Origin: Acanthaster planci
Taxonomy: Eukaryota
Reading direction: 5' to 3'
Length of the DNA: 64,000 nucleotides
Assembly: GCF_001949145.1 (NCBI RefSeq)
Contig: NW_019091357.1
Location: forward strand, 1,058,671-1,122,670
Shown here one piece after another: positions 38,723 through 64,000 of the stretch. The notes beneath the pieces are model-generated. The model worked only from the letters and a program-made list of their open reading frames with translations. It was not told where the DNA came from and did no database searches. A program made the position numbers and the translations under genes. Numbering within the stretch: position 1 is the stretch's first letter; every line of letters begins with the position of its first letter.

Positions 38723-39599
38723 AATGGAGCTCCATGGTGTGCCTGACTGCACGTAGACCAGTGCTCGAGCATGCTCGCAGTCACCTCTATGCACATGTAC
38801 ACCTCACAATCGTGTACATGTACAAACTTCGCGAGAATTGTGTATAAATTTCTGCATTGAAGTGATAGATCAATGCGAGCGAGCTTCAACGCACCCAGAT
38901 TCAATTTTTACGTTAGTAAACTCGTTAAAGTTTACGTGCACTTTCCGCCCCGCTCGTCAAAATCAGACTTCTTCATGAGAAGATTGGGGAGGCTGAGTGA
39001 ACTCGACTGAGCCATTGCTCTTTACTCATTAATACTCATTGGACTCCGGTTTCCAGTCAAATGATACATATTCGACAATACTATTATATGGAAAGCCGTT
39101 GAGGTGACTCTTTTAAGTGATATTCCCCGGAGTGTATTTGTAGCCGGGTGGTTTACTATTCGTGTTTTTATTTATATTATTATTATATATATCATTTGTA
39201 TTTACTACACTTACGTGTATCATTCTGAATCAATTTACTGGGCTCATCAAGCTCTCATGTCGTCCTGACAAGACCATGATTTTCCGGATGAGTGGCGAGT
39301 GTTGTGGGGAGGGGGAGCTATAAGCACTCAGTAACAGCCAACTGATGGTCGAAGGGGTTTGATTCAAGCCAAATTCGTCATTTTCATCCCCTTTTATTTC
39401 TTCCTCTTGTTTTCTTATTTGTTCATTCCGCCATTGTTCCCTCTCTGAACCCCTCCACGGGCTTCCCACGATGCTTTTCAAATGTATCTCAAGCTCGCCG
39501 GTATTAAACGACTACCCACGTTACTCCTTTAAATGTAGCAATTTTTAACCGTAGGCCGTCCATAACGATGCGCACGAGATATGCGAGCCGAGTGCTTTT

Positions 39600-39757
39600 C
39601 CACGAGCTCACGGCACTGCACTGCGGCTAGCCATACTAGTAGCGTGGGCCGTCATTGCGTATTCGTGCTATGTTGGAACTCCTCGTCTAGACTCCAGCTA
39701 CAACCACTGGTGACATTGCGCGGCATCCCCACCTCGATTTCGTTTGGCTGTACTGAG
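39600..39757 (+). other. Putative non-coding first exon of the melanotransferrin-like gene
   Basis: CpG-rich patch ending in a strong donor GAG|gtaaga at 39757/39758. The ATG-containing exon has its own acceptor (tttcctttgtcag, exon start 45874), which implies an upstream exon. Start coordinate is approximate. Confidence 0.4.
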
Positions 39758-40055
39758 GTAAGAATTCCTTTGAAGGTGGGTTAGTAGATGGAATGTTGTT
39801 GGGTGGACGTTGTTATACGGCATAGAGGTTGGAAAAGTGACCCCCAGAACTGTGGGGTCCGCGACGTCCGCCCCGCTTGTTCGTACGTCGGACCCTACGG
39901 TTCTGGAGTACGGTTTGTCGTGAAACGTACCGGTAAACCGGGCGCTGCTGCACTGCATTAAGTTTCACTTTTTAGCTTGCTTTTATTCAAGTTAGCCTAA
40001 CTAAACTTAAAAACCGTGAGATCACTGAGACGTACAGCTGTTTCGTGCTCTTTTA

Positions 40056-41105
40056 GGAAAGAGTTCCATATACGGACAACACTTGATGCCCCTGTGCACT
40101 AACTAGACTTGGCTGGAAAAAATTACGTGTTTTCTAAGTCAATGCTTTGGAATTTTCCTTGACATGTTATACTTACTTTCTGCCGGCTATTGTAACATTT
40201 TGAGGGGAAATTAATTTCCCACTTTTATTGTGCTGGATTGCCGAAGTATACGCACACAAATGTGCAAAGGTGGAAAGACTGTGCAGGCTTGATGAATCTT
40301 CAGGCTTAACCGATTGACTTTTTCCTAATATTATTACAGGTATTACATTACGGTGTAAAAGGATTTTACAGTGCACTAAATAAAAAAGCAGTCTTTGCTT
40401 TATCCCCGATTGAAGGTCAAAAGAAAATAACAAGGCTCCTTTCCGACTATGTCCAATTATGAGTCGTTTCACGTGATCACCAGACACGTGTCCACGGTCA
40501 AAAATTCATTTTTTTTTCATACTTTGTAGGATGAAAGGACTTGGGGTGCAAGTAAACAAAAAAGACATTTCAAATCCATATGTAGCCCGTTGCCATGGAA
40601 ATAGCTCATTTTGTATTTTTAGCATTTTAGGCCGACTTAGTGCTCTGAAAACTGGTTTTTGGAATATATTTAAAAGTCCACGTAACCAAAATGAAAAGTA
40701 TTTCACAGATCCACTTATAGCACTTTAATGTATCATCCTTCAATCCTTGCCTCTGCTTGACACAAAAAATGGCTTTAAGTGTTATCCTTATGCTCCCTTT
40801 TAACAGCTTGCATTGAAGTATTTTTTAGAACTTGCAAAATTGACGTTTTACCTAGTTTTTGCACCTCAAAAGTCAACTTGCCAGGGGTCTCATCATATTT
40901 TCCTTTTGGTCGTGATTAGGGCAAACATTGGTCTTTTCATGTGTGATGAGAAAATCTTGGGCAAATCAGCGTGACAGTATTGCCTAGAATATGGCCATTT
41001 TGCACAAAACAGAAAATTGCATTTTGGGGTTTTTCCTCAGTCCAGTCTCAAAGGGTTTATGCAAGGTGGACGGTTAAAGTGGCATCCGCATATGGAACTC
41101 TTTCC
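40056..41105. mobile_element. ~1.05-kb non-autonomous DNA transposon with terminal inverted repeats
   Basis: ggaaagagttccatatacgga at the left end vs tccgcatatggaactctttcc at the right end (20/21 match); no coding capacity seen. Confidence 0.65.
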
Positions 41106-41473
41106 CTCCCACAGTTCTTGGGGTACATGTAGGCCTACCGGCATGTGCTAGTATACTTGAACTGTCGTATTCTGCTCAATACAGGAATATGATGATACTG
41201 CAATAGGGACGTAACGTAATATCAGGGATAACGTGTCCTGAAGAGTCCAATTCAGCAGGGAAAATATCAAACCATTTGCTTTGAAAAACTACTAACAAAT
41301 TTTCATTTCATTCTCATGGGGTTTGTGCACTTGCTGTACAGCCCATGGAACTCTGTTCATTAATGTTTTTCCCAGAAGATAAACACGACATTTTAAATTT
41401 GATATCCCTTAGTCAAGTTGGTGCTATGAGGTCATTATGTTAGAATGCAAAATGAATGATTCATTGACACCTG

Positions 41474-42060
41474 TTAAAGGAACCAGGAAATGAATTTTTC
41501 TAAGAATTACTTCTTGTGTATCTTTGTACTCTTCTTCAATGTATGAAGACTGTTTCACATCTTTTTTGAGTTATGTAAACTGAACGGTGCACTTTTTCAA
41601 ACATTAAAAATTGGCCAAGCATTTCTGGACAAGTGAGGGTGCTTTTACTTTGATGTAAATCCAGGTCGGCAAGGTTTACGTTGCATGTTTTCATGTTCAA
41701 ATGGTGAATCCCAAATTTGCTATCTGGGAACATTGCTGTGAAAAGAATTTTTGCTGGATTATTCCCATATACTTACACAGCAATAAATTGCCAAAGAAAA
41801 TGAAATCTGCCATAGCAGTAGTAAAAAAATCTAGAAATTTTCTGTGCACAAATAAGTGCAACATTGAGATTCAGTGGCTTGGATGACATCATAGTTCTGC
41901 TCATGAATATGCAAATAGCATTAGAATAAATAGCAGCAAAATATGGGTTTAAATTGCATACAAAAATTTAAAAGCAGGTTAATTGAAATCCATAAAGATG
42001 CAAATTTCAAGGGTTTTTAGTAACATTTATAAAAATATTTCTATTTCCTGGTTCCTTTAA
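41474..42060. mobile_element. TTAA-flanked MITE (Kolobok/piggyBac-type)
   Basis: ttaa|aggaaccaggaaat ... atttcctggttcct|ttaa: perfect 14-bp TIRs with TTAA duplication. Confidence 0.8.
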
Positions 42061-42892
42061 AGATTTAGATGCATCTTTAAAAGGGAGTTGCAAATCAGAC
42101 CAAAAATCTGTTCAACTTCCTGTTATCGGTACCATGGGTCTGTGCTGTTTATGTCATCTGGAACTTGGAAACAGGCTACGTATACAGACGTACAATAGTG
42201 GGTCATGCTATAAATTACGGATCCAAGTTTGTGTGTCCGTGTCACATCCGACATGATTTTGTAAGTTCGGCACACATTCTCTAATTTTCAAGAGTGATGA
42301 ATCAATGTAAATTTCAGTACCCAACCGTTAAATGGCATCTGTTTTATTTGAGTGAAAGTAACAATACTTGAAGGAGTAGGTCTACTGGTTGCCTGCAATA
42401 ATAAACTTATTCAACCTTTTCTCACCACATTCAAACATTTCTCAAAATAATCTTTAAGGTCGGGCAGTGAAAACATGTTAGATTGGGCATGGAAGGAAGG
42501 AAACCACTTCATTGGTCATGGAACAGGAAATACATTTTTTTCGTGGCTCAAATTACCAGTATTTCACACATCCTGCCAAAAGTTGCCTGGTGGGAAATTT
42601 ATTTCCCCTTGAGACTTGGAAAAACTGGCACAATTAGGCCTCAGTAGATTGGATACTTTCCCTTCCTGGTTTTTGCTGGTGTATATACGTACATGTATGC
42701 CTGGTAAAGACCACAACTGTTCAAACTCAAACATTTTGGGAGAATCATAGCCCTAACAGACGCCACATAAGCTGCCAATTTAGCAGGCACCGTGCAAGGT
42801 GATATTGTACAAAATAAAAAAGTTTCTTGCAATTTAAAGTTTGTTGCCGTACGTGCATATTTCAAAGTGAACTAACCCGTGAATACCACAGC

Positions 42893-42978
42893 TGTTGGCC
42901 AATACAGTTACTTCGCCTCGTTGCAGTACGTCTGTACAGACGTACTGCAACGAGGCGAAGTAACTGTATTGGCCAACA
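42893..42978. repeat. Perfect 86-bp palindrome with no spacer
   Basis: tgttggccaatacagttacttcgcctcgttgcagtacgtctgt|acagacgtactgcaacgaggcgaagtaactgtattggccaaca; the 43-bp arms are exact reverse complements. Confidence 0.95.
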
Positions 42979-43779
42979 CGTTTGGATCACAAGCCTCTTT
43001 GAACTCAAGAGTCCTTATAACAATTTTTTTTGTATTCTCTCTCTGCACCTGTAAACTCATCTTCGCTGTACGAAAACTATTTCACACCCCACATCCCTTT
43101 TGTGCTTAAAGGTTTTTCGAAAAGTGCACTTTTCACACATTTAAATCTGCCGATGCTTTTCTAGACAACTGAGGGCGCTGTTGCTGTGATGTCATTCAGG
43201 GAAGACAGTTCAAAGCACTGTTGATCTTAAAGTTTTCTGACAATGTGCTCATTGCCAACAGGTGTTAGCAAGGGGTTACTCATAGGTTTTTTTTTTATAT
43301 ATCATGTTCATACATGATAATCAACAAAGAAAAGAGATTTAGGTTAGAAAATCCTGAACCAGACAACTTTTTGTGCACAAATCAGTGTAGCATGGAGGTT
43401 TACTTCCCTGGATATCATCACAGCGTTGCTCATGATTATGGACTTACTCATCAGCCCAAAAAGCAAAATGACACCAAAATACCCTTTAGACTAGAAATCA
43501 AAAACTACACGTATTTTCAGCAATGCCATTGGTGTACAGAAATATCATTTTCAATGGTTTTATGAAGAACATGCATTACATGTACATGGAACCTTCAAAG
43601 TGCCAAGAACTGGCGCGAGTGAAAAGATTGTGAGTATTCTTCCTTTCAAAGCGTGTTTCTGTTGAATTGGGTGAATTCAGAGTGAGCAGTATTGAAATGG
43701 CTCATTTTTAAGGCCCAAAACTCGCAGTTATGTACCTGTGAATAAGGAAAATTCTCACACATGCTATAGGCCCTACATG

Positions 43780-43990
43780 GGAGCCTTGTGGCCCGGTTTG
43801 TGAGTTTCTGATGATAAGGTCAGTCAGTCTGGTGGCAGCATGTTGTGATCTTGGGCAAGTCACTTTGACCCTTTATACCTCTAAGGCTTCATCCAGGAGT
43901 AAATGGGTACCTGTGACGGCAGACAAGGTTATTTTTAGCAGTTAGTGCCGGGCCTAATATGGCAGCAAACTAGTATGCTCGCCAGGGAGC
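43780..43990 (+). mobile_element. SINE remnant with CORE-like segment
   Basis: tgtgatcttgggcaagtcacttt...ccaggagtaaatgggtacctg resembles the conserved core of tRNA-derived metazoan SINEs; boundaries approximate. Confidence 0.5.
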
Positions 43991-44009
43991 GAACTGGGGA
44001 ACCACCAGC

Positions 44010-45615
44010 CCAGACCTGACAAAGCAAAAGAGTGGGAATCCTTCAAAATGTCGGTCCACTCAGTCGCCTTTCAGATTCGACGAAAATGATGCCAAAATCC
44101 AGACACTGCTGGAAGGAAAACGCCAGCTACTCCGAGCCCGCCAGAGTGACCCTACTTCAACATCAAAAAGGTAACCCTCTCCAGCAAGCGCAAAGCGATC
44201 CAAACGGAGCTGCGCTCAATACAGGATGCCTGGCTCAGTAGCAAGACCGATGAGATCCAAGGCTTTCCTGACGCACTCAACACCAAGAGGTTCTACCACG
44301 CCCTAAAGTCAATCTAAGGGACACCCCGGCTCATCACCCCTGCTCAGTGCAGACGGGAAAACTCATTGACAAAAATCAGATCATCGAGAGCTGGGCAGAA
44401 CACTTCGACAACGTGCTGAATCAGCTGGGGTCCATAAACGATGAAGCCGTCGCACACCTCCCCCAGGTGCCAATAAATTCTGTCCTTGACAACCCCCCCC
44501 CTCAGTGGGAGAGGTTACTGAAGCCATCAAGTATATGTCAGCAGAGAGGAACTCTGGAAAATCATGGGGAAGTTTGGATGCCCTCACAAGTTCATCGCAA
44601 ATTGTTCACCAATTTCACGACGGCATGATAGCCTTTGTGCTGGACAACGATGAGGCATCCAATGCTTTCCATGTTACAAATGAGAGTCAGGCAGGGCTGT
44701 GTTCTTGCCCCTACGCTGTTCAGCATGGTGTTCTTGGTAATTCTGATGGACGCCTTCAAGGACAGCAACCCTGGCATCCACATCAAGTACAGGTTTAATG
44801 CCAAGCTTTTCAACCATAAGCGAATGCAGGCCGTCTCGAAGGTAAAGGAGACGGTAATTAGAGACCTCCTATTTGCCCTCAACGCCTCAAGTGTGCACGA
44901 AATGCAACTGGAGTTAGACAGCTTCTCATCTGCCTGCGACAATTTTGGTCATACAATTAGCACAAAGAAGACAGAAGTGTTGTTTCAGCCTGCCCCTGAC
45001 AAGCAGTACCATGAACTCCTCTACGGCTACAAAACATGGATCCTCTACAGACAGCATGAACGATAATTGCAGCACTTCCACCTTCGCTGCCTCTGCAAGC
45101 TTATTTACACCCGCTGGTAGGACAAGATTTCCAACACGGAGGTCTTTAAACAGGCTGGACTCTCCAGAGTTATCGCTACCATCTGCAGGGCACAAATCCA
45201 CTGGGCTGGCCGCGTCACCCGCATGCCAGGCACCCGCTGTCCTCAGGCAAGCGCTCAGTTGGTGGGCAGAAGAAGCGCTTGAAGGATCTGCAAGTCTCCC
45301 TCAAAGACTTTAACATCAGCACTGTATCCTGGGAAACCCTTTGCTGCCAACCACCCTGCCTGGCGCGGCCTCATCACCCAGGGCGAACTTGCAGTTGAGG
45401 AACGTCGACTCCAAAATCCAAAATTGCAGAGAAGAAAGTGAGATGCGAAAGGCCCGAGAAACCAGCACAATGAACACTATTCCTTGCAACGTTTGTCTTA
45501 CCTGTGAGAGAAGATTCCACGCCCAGATTGGCCTCATCAGCCACTTCCGGATACACCGCCATTGCCCCACAAAATAGTCATGGTCATCTTCGACTCCCGA
45601 AAGATGAACAACAAT
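44010..45615 (+). mobile_element. Decayed RTE-clade LINE (reverse transcriptase fragments and C-terminal CCHH finger)
   Basis: Fragments WAEHFDNVLN, VRQGCVLAPTLFS, GIHIKYRFNAKLFN..R, IRDLLFA (catalytic DD deleted), FGHTISTKKTEV, LLYG..TWILYR and CLTCERRFHAQIGLISHFRIH, with frameshifts, stops and internal deletions. Confidence 0.88.
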
Positions 45616-45977
45616 ATACACAAAGATAGATGTTTTAGTTTGTATGTCTTAATCTTTTGTTAAATGGTATGACCTGTGCTCGTTCTCTATGGTATGATGC
45701 GGTACTTACATATTTAATGTACTGTATCTTTTGTCATTTCTGTTATCATAATGAGTCAGCACTTGCTACAAGTTAACCTCAGATGTTACTTAACCGGAAC
45801 ATGTATGTCACATCCACATTTGGAAAACAAACAGCATATACCGTAAGTCATTGTTCCAACTTTCCTTTGTCAGCAAAGTCTTGCCTGAAGTTTCTGGGGA
45901 TCGGTTTCTGGGGCCAGAGCGGCTAGTTCTCTCTCGTCACGAGTTGAGCGTTGTGACAGGAAATTACCACAACCAGG

Positions 45978-60155
<14,178 letters not shown>

Positions 60156-61333
60156 GGAGGAGCTGGGTTCCAAAAATGAAGGGTCTCAGCGAGAGGGCCT
60201 CAAAGTCGGCATGAGAAGTGCCACATTCTGGCAGCCTAGATTTCGGCGTGAGTCGACGTCAAGACTAGGAAATCTCTCAATTAAAAGCAATGGCCTGTTT
60301 TGTTTGGTTTCTGTGTTTTGGTTGTGACTCGCCCATTTAAAACTTAGACAAATTGTTAGCAGTTGTAGTCATCCATTCTGTAGTTCTCAGAGAGATTTGT
60401 GGGTGTGTTTATTTCGTTTACGGTAAAATTCATTAGTTTTCATACACTCAGAATCTGAGGTATTCCTATCAAAAGGCATTTTAGCCTTCTCAAATTCACC
60501 CTGAAGGGCCAAAGTGAAACTTGAAATTCTTTTCATCCATCGACTGTCTATCTCAGCGGAGCTGAAGTATCATTGGCTTTAAAACATGCTTGCTTTCTTC
60601 GTATCTTTCGTTCATCCACATCATTTCTCTGGTTCTTGCATAGCTTTATTTAGCCACATTGTAGTTCTTGATGTGATCAATTCCTTTTTCGATTTGGCTT
60701 TCCTTTTTTGTTTGTAGTGTGCAAGCTAACAGGCTCATTTGAGTAATTTCATAGAGGGAGAATTTGACGAAGAAACAGAATGCAGAATGGTACATGAGCC
60801 CCTTCAGGGTCAAACCCAGACTGAACCCGCCAGTTGTGTAGCAAAGATGTACTCCTTGAGCCAGCTGGTGGCCCAAAAAGAGTGTGTTGGGTGTGCAAGG
60901 GAATGAAAATGAAACGGTCGGATCAGTGTGCGGAAACAGGGCTCCGTTAGATTGGTTTGCTAACATCAAGTACCCCCTCAATTGTTGAAAAGGAGAGAGT
61001 GGGGCTACTGGAGGGTATCCACTAATTCAAGCCCCATTGAAAACAGTGTAAAGTCAACACCGTTCAGGGCCCAACATCCCTAAGATTTCTGAAACACAAA
61101 TGAAATTCTTGTCTGGTCACTAATCTTTCAATATCTTTTCAATTCTTTGTGGGTTAACCAATTACATTTTTAATTATTCCCACAAAACAAAAACAATCCC
61201 CAAAAAGTGATTTTTCCGAAGTCTAATTGCACCCATTTTCAAGTGCCAACCCTCAAGTTCTCGGGCACTTAGGACCATTTTTCAACTGTAGTTTTTAGCC
61301 ATTCTGCTCTCATATGAAAGCTCATAGACCCAG

Positions 61334-63651
61334 GGAGTTGATCCCGGCAACAATTTACACAATCTCACTATTTGGGGGGTCAAACAATCTCCTTTTTCAA
61401 AAGATACTGTGGGGGCACTTTTAATGCTCATGAGCTGGTCAGAAATTCTTACTTGAATTAGTGGTCTGCACCCTGGAGCCTCGGACGCACGCTGGTACGC
61501 TGAGCTCACGGGACATCAAGTTGAGGCACTATCAGCGAAGCATCCCGCGTGCTGCCATTCTCGGCTGTGTGTTCAGGTGTTACCAGGGCCGTTTTCCAAT
61601 ACTTGACTTGGGCTCCGTCTTAGGCTTCAACTGTTTTTTTACTTCCTGAGTTGGAGGTTGTAAGCGCAAAAGTAAGTCTGATAGTGCCACAAAACATCAA
61701 GTAAGATGCAAAAGAGCCAAACCACACAGTATTTCAATTTAACGTAAACGCTTCAGGCCCACAATCGGGGATTGGTTTCCTTCACGAAGCCTGAGACGGA
61801 GACCAGCTGGGTATTGGAAAACTGCCACATGCGCATGCATGTACATGTACATGTACAGCACGTACCTAGCGCGTGTGAGCCAGAAAGCCCTGACTCGTTC
61901 CAGCGAGCTAGCACGTGCATCATGCGGTAAACTTCCCACGATTGCTTATTCGAATGTGGTTTGGTGGAAAATGTCACAAGTAGGATTGATTGTCCTGGCG
62001 TGAATTGGTTTGTAAAATGAAAAAGTTCAACTAAAATGGAGCTTTTATGTCCATCTCCCCTGGAGCTTGTCAGACTTCCCTGATTGCTTCCATCAGAACC
62101 ATTTAAGTTCCAAATCCATGTACTAAACCAGACGGCTGAATAAAAGATGCATTTAACTCCATAGCATTGGCAAGAGCTCACAAAGATTACTTAAACTTAG
62201 TGCTTGCTCCCTAAAGTAGGCCTAACTACAGAAGTAACATGTTCGTTTCTCTTCTTCCGCCTGCAGAGTCAGACTCTGCAGTTAATCTAAATCTTGAACT
62301 CCTCTTTTTTCCCCTTAATGTCAGCCTTAAGTACTCTACAGGGTTTGTTGTCATGGTGATTAATTTCATTTGAAGACAGTTGTCGTCTGAAGCCCCCGTG
62401 ACCTGAGATGACTTAACTCTGAGGCTTTAAAGTCAGGGTCAAAGAAGCCCCATAAGATGCTGGTGTCCTTTGTGCACCCACTAGTAAAATCCTAGCTACG
62501 GCACTGCTTTATATACACATACGGAGCTTTGAAGAGATTTAAAAAAAACAGAGCACCATTCTCTAAAACACTTTGAAACTGTCACAGAATTTGTTCACCA
62601 GTTTGAAAAAAAGAGTTGAAATTTATTATAAATTATTTGCTCATTGGAAGGCAAGTTGGTAGCTTATCCTCCTGAATTTGCCTTCACGTGTTAAACTCAC
62701 GAGCGATATGCGAAGACTTTGCATGGTTAGCGTCATCAAATTGCCAACTGCAATTGTTCAGTTTCAACGACTGGAGAAACGAACAATACACCTTTGACAG
62801 TCCCTGGTATTTCACGAGAGATCGATTTCATGACTGAATACTTGGAAATAATTTATGCCGACTTTGAGACCTTTCAAGTTGAAGTTTCAGTTTGTGAGCT
62901 AATGCTCGGCTTTTGAATGTACTCCACTTTTTACTCAGCATGAAATGCATTCTTGCTAATAATACGCATGTGTAATAAAATGGTCTACTAATAATGTTAT
63001 AACCATATATAGCATGTATATGTAAGTTGCATATCGCTGCACTCAGGCTTTTCAACTAACGCGGCACTTCAGTCTCCACCAACATGCAAATTGAGCAATG
63101 GTTGATCACCATCTTGGATCCAAGCATGCATGGAGCTATTAAACACAACTCTACCGTAAAATGTCATAACTGACTTTAAAAACGTCCGACTTTTCAACGG
63201 CCAAATAACCACCGCTGATTTGGAATTTTCGAGCGCATCTGCGGATATCACTCGCTGGATCCTGACGGGTACTGAGGAGAACTGGGCGTCTTCTTCGTGC
63301 ATATTTTGTTATGAATGTATCCAGCAAGATCGTAAGGACTTGTATTAGAGACTTGTCAAACAAAATGCAACGTGGACTCTTTTTTTTTAATTGCAGACTT
63401 GAACTGTCAGACGTTAAATTGCAGATTATTGACAAAACTAGCTGCATAGGCATTATTTTCTTTTAAAACATATTACGAACCAAAAACATCCAGTTGAATT
63501 AATAATAACTGGAGTTGATTCTGGCAACGATTTACACAATCTCACCATTTTGGAGGCCATACAGTCTCCTTTTTCAAAAGATACTGTGGGTGGCACTTTT
63601 AATGCTAATGAGCTGGCCAGAAATTCTTGCTTGAATTAGTGGTCTGCACCC
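61334..63651. repeat. Dispersed ~140-bp direct repeat pair (61334-61473 and 63511-63651)
   Basis: ggagttgat..ggcaac.atttacacaatctcac...caaaagatactgtggg..gcacttttaatgct.atgagctgg.cagaaattctt.cttgaattagtggtctgcaccct occurs twice. Confidence 0.85.
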
Positions 63652-63658
63652 TTATACA

Positions 63659-63768
63659 NNNNNNNNNNNNNNNNNNNNNNNNNNNNNNNNNNNNNNNNNN
63701 NNNNNNNNNNNNNNNNNNNNNNNNNNNNNNNNNNNNNNNNNNNNNNNNNNNNNNNNNNNNNNNNNNNN
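63659..63768. other. Assembly gap (110 N)
   Basis: Run of N. Confidence 0.99.
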
Positions 63769-64000
63769 GGTCTCATTTCTTGCTGGGTATAGCAAAGTGA
63801 AATGAACAATTGCACGATCATCGGCCTACAATATCGTGAAATAAAAAGGTAAAATTTACGTTTTCTCGAAAACTACACAAGTCTTGGAGGAAGTATTTTG
63901 AAGACTGACTAAGGCTAGTTATGTATTTTTTCCAATAAAGATATTTCGGTATTATACGCTGATCTGATTTGGGGGATTTTATCAATGGCGTGCCAAAACT

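Noticed and set aside
60646..60981. 111-aa minus-strand ORF downstream of melanotransferrin
   Set aside because: Non-ATG start, no recognisable domain and no convincing splice context; likely 3'UTR or intergenic.

Overview
Intron-rich eukaryotic (animal) genomic DNA from a draft scaffold with two N-gaps. Gene content and repeats suggest an invertebrate deuterostome such as an echinoderm; this is inference only. I reconstructed eight spliced genes by hand from GT-AG sites and reading-frame phase. (1) A cluster of four single-pass membrane protein genes at 1-23.7 kb: a 5'-truncated MAM-domain receptor, two Ser/Thr-rich mucin-like type I proteins and a small minus-strand TM protein, all with Tyr- or NPx(Y/F)-motif tails. 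(2) Three paralogous EXD1/Egalitarian-like DEDDy 3'-5' exonuclease genes at 25.6-35.5 kb, each ending in a C4 zinc finger that resembles the Stc1 domain. Two keep the full catalytic motifs; the third has lost ExoI and ExoIII residues but keeps an intact ORF and zinc finger. (3) A melanotransferrin-like gene with 14 coding exons at 46-60 kb (799 aa), with iron ligands in both lobes, an 8-aa tandem-repeat stalk and a GPI-type tail. Many MITEs (TTAA-flanked, TTA-flanked, hAT-like), SINE remnants, a decayed RTE LINE and a perfect 86-bp palindrome are interspersed. The best candidate for an undescribed system is the exonuclease/Stc1-like zinc-finger trio with its pseudo-enzyme member. No database searches were run; family calls rest on motif recognition.
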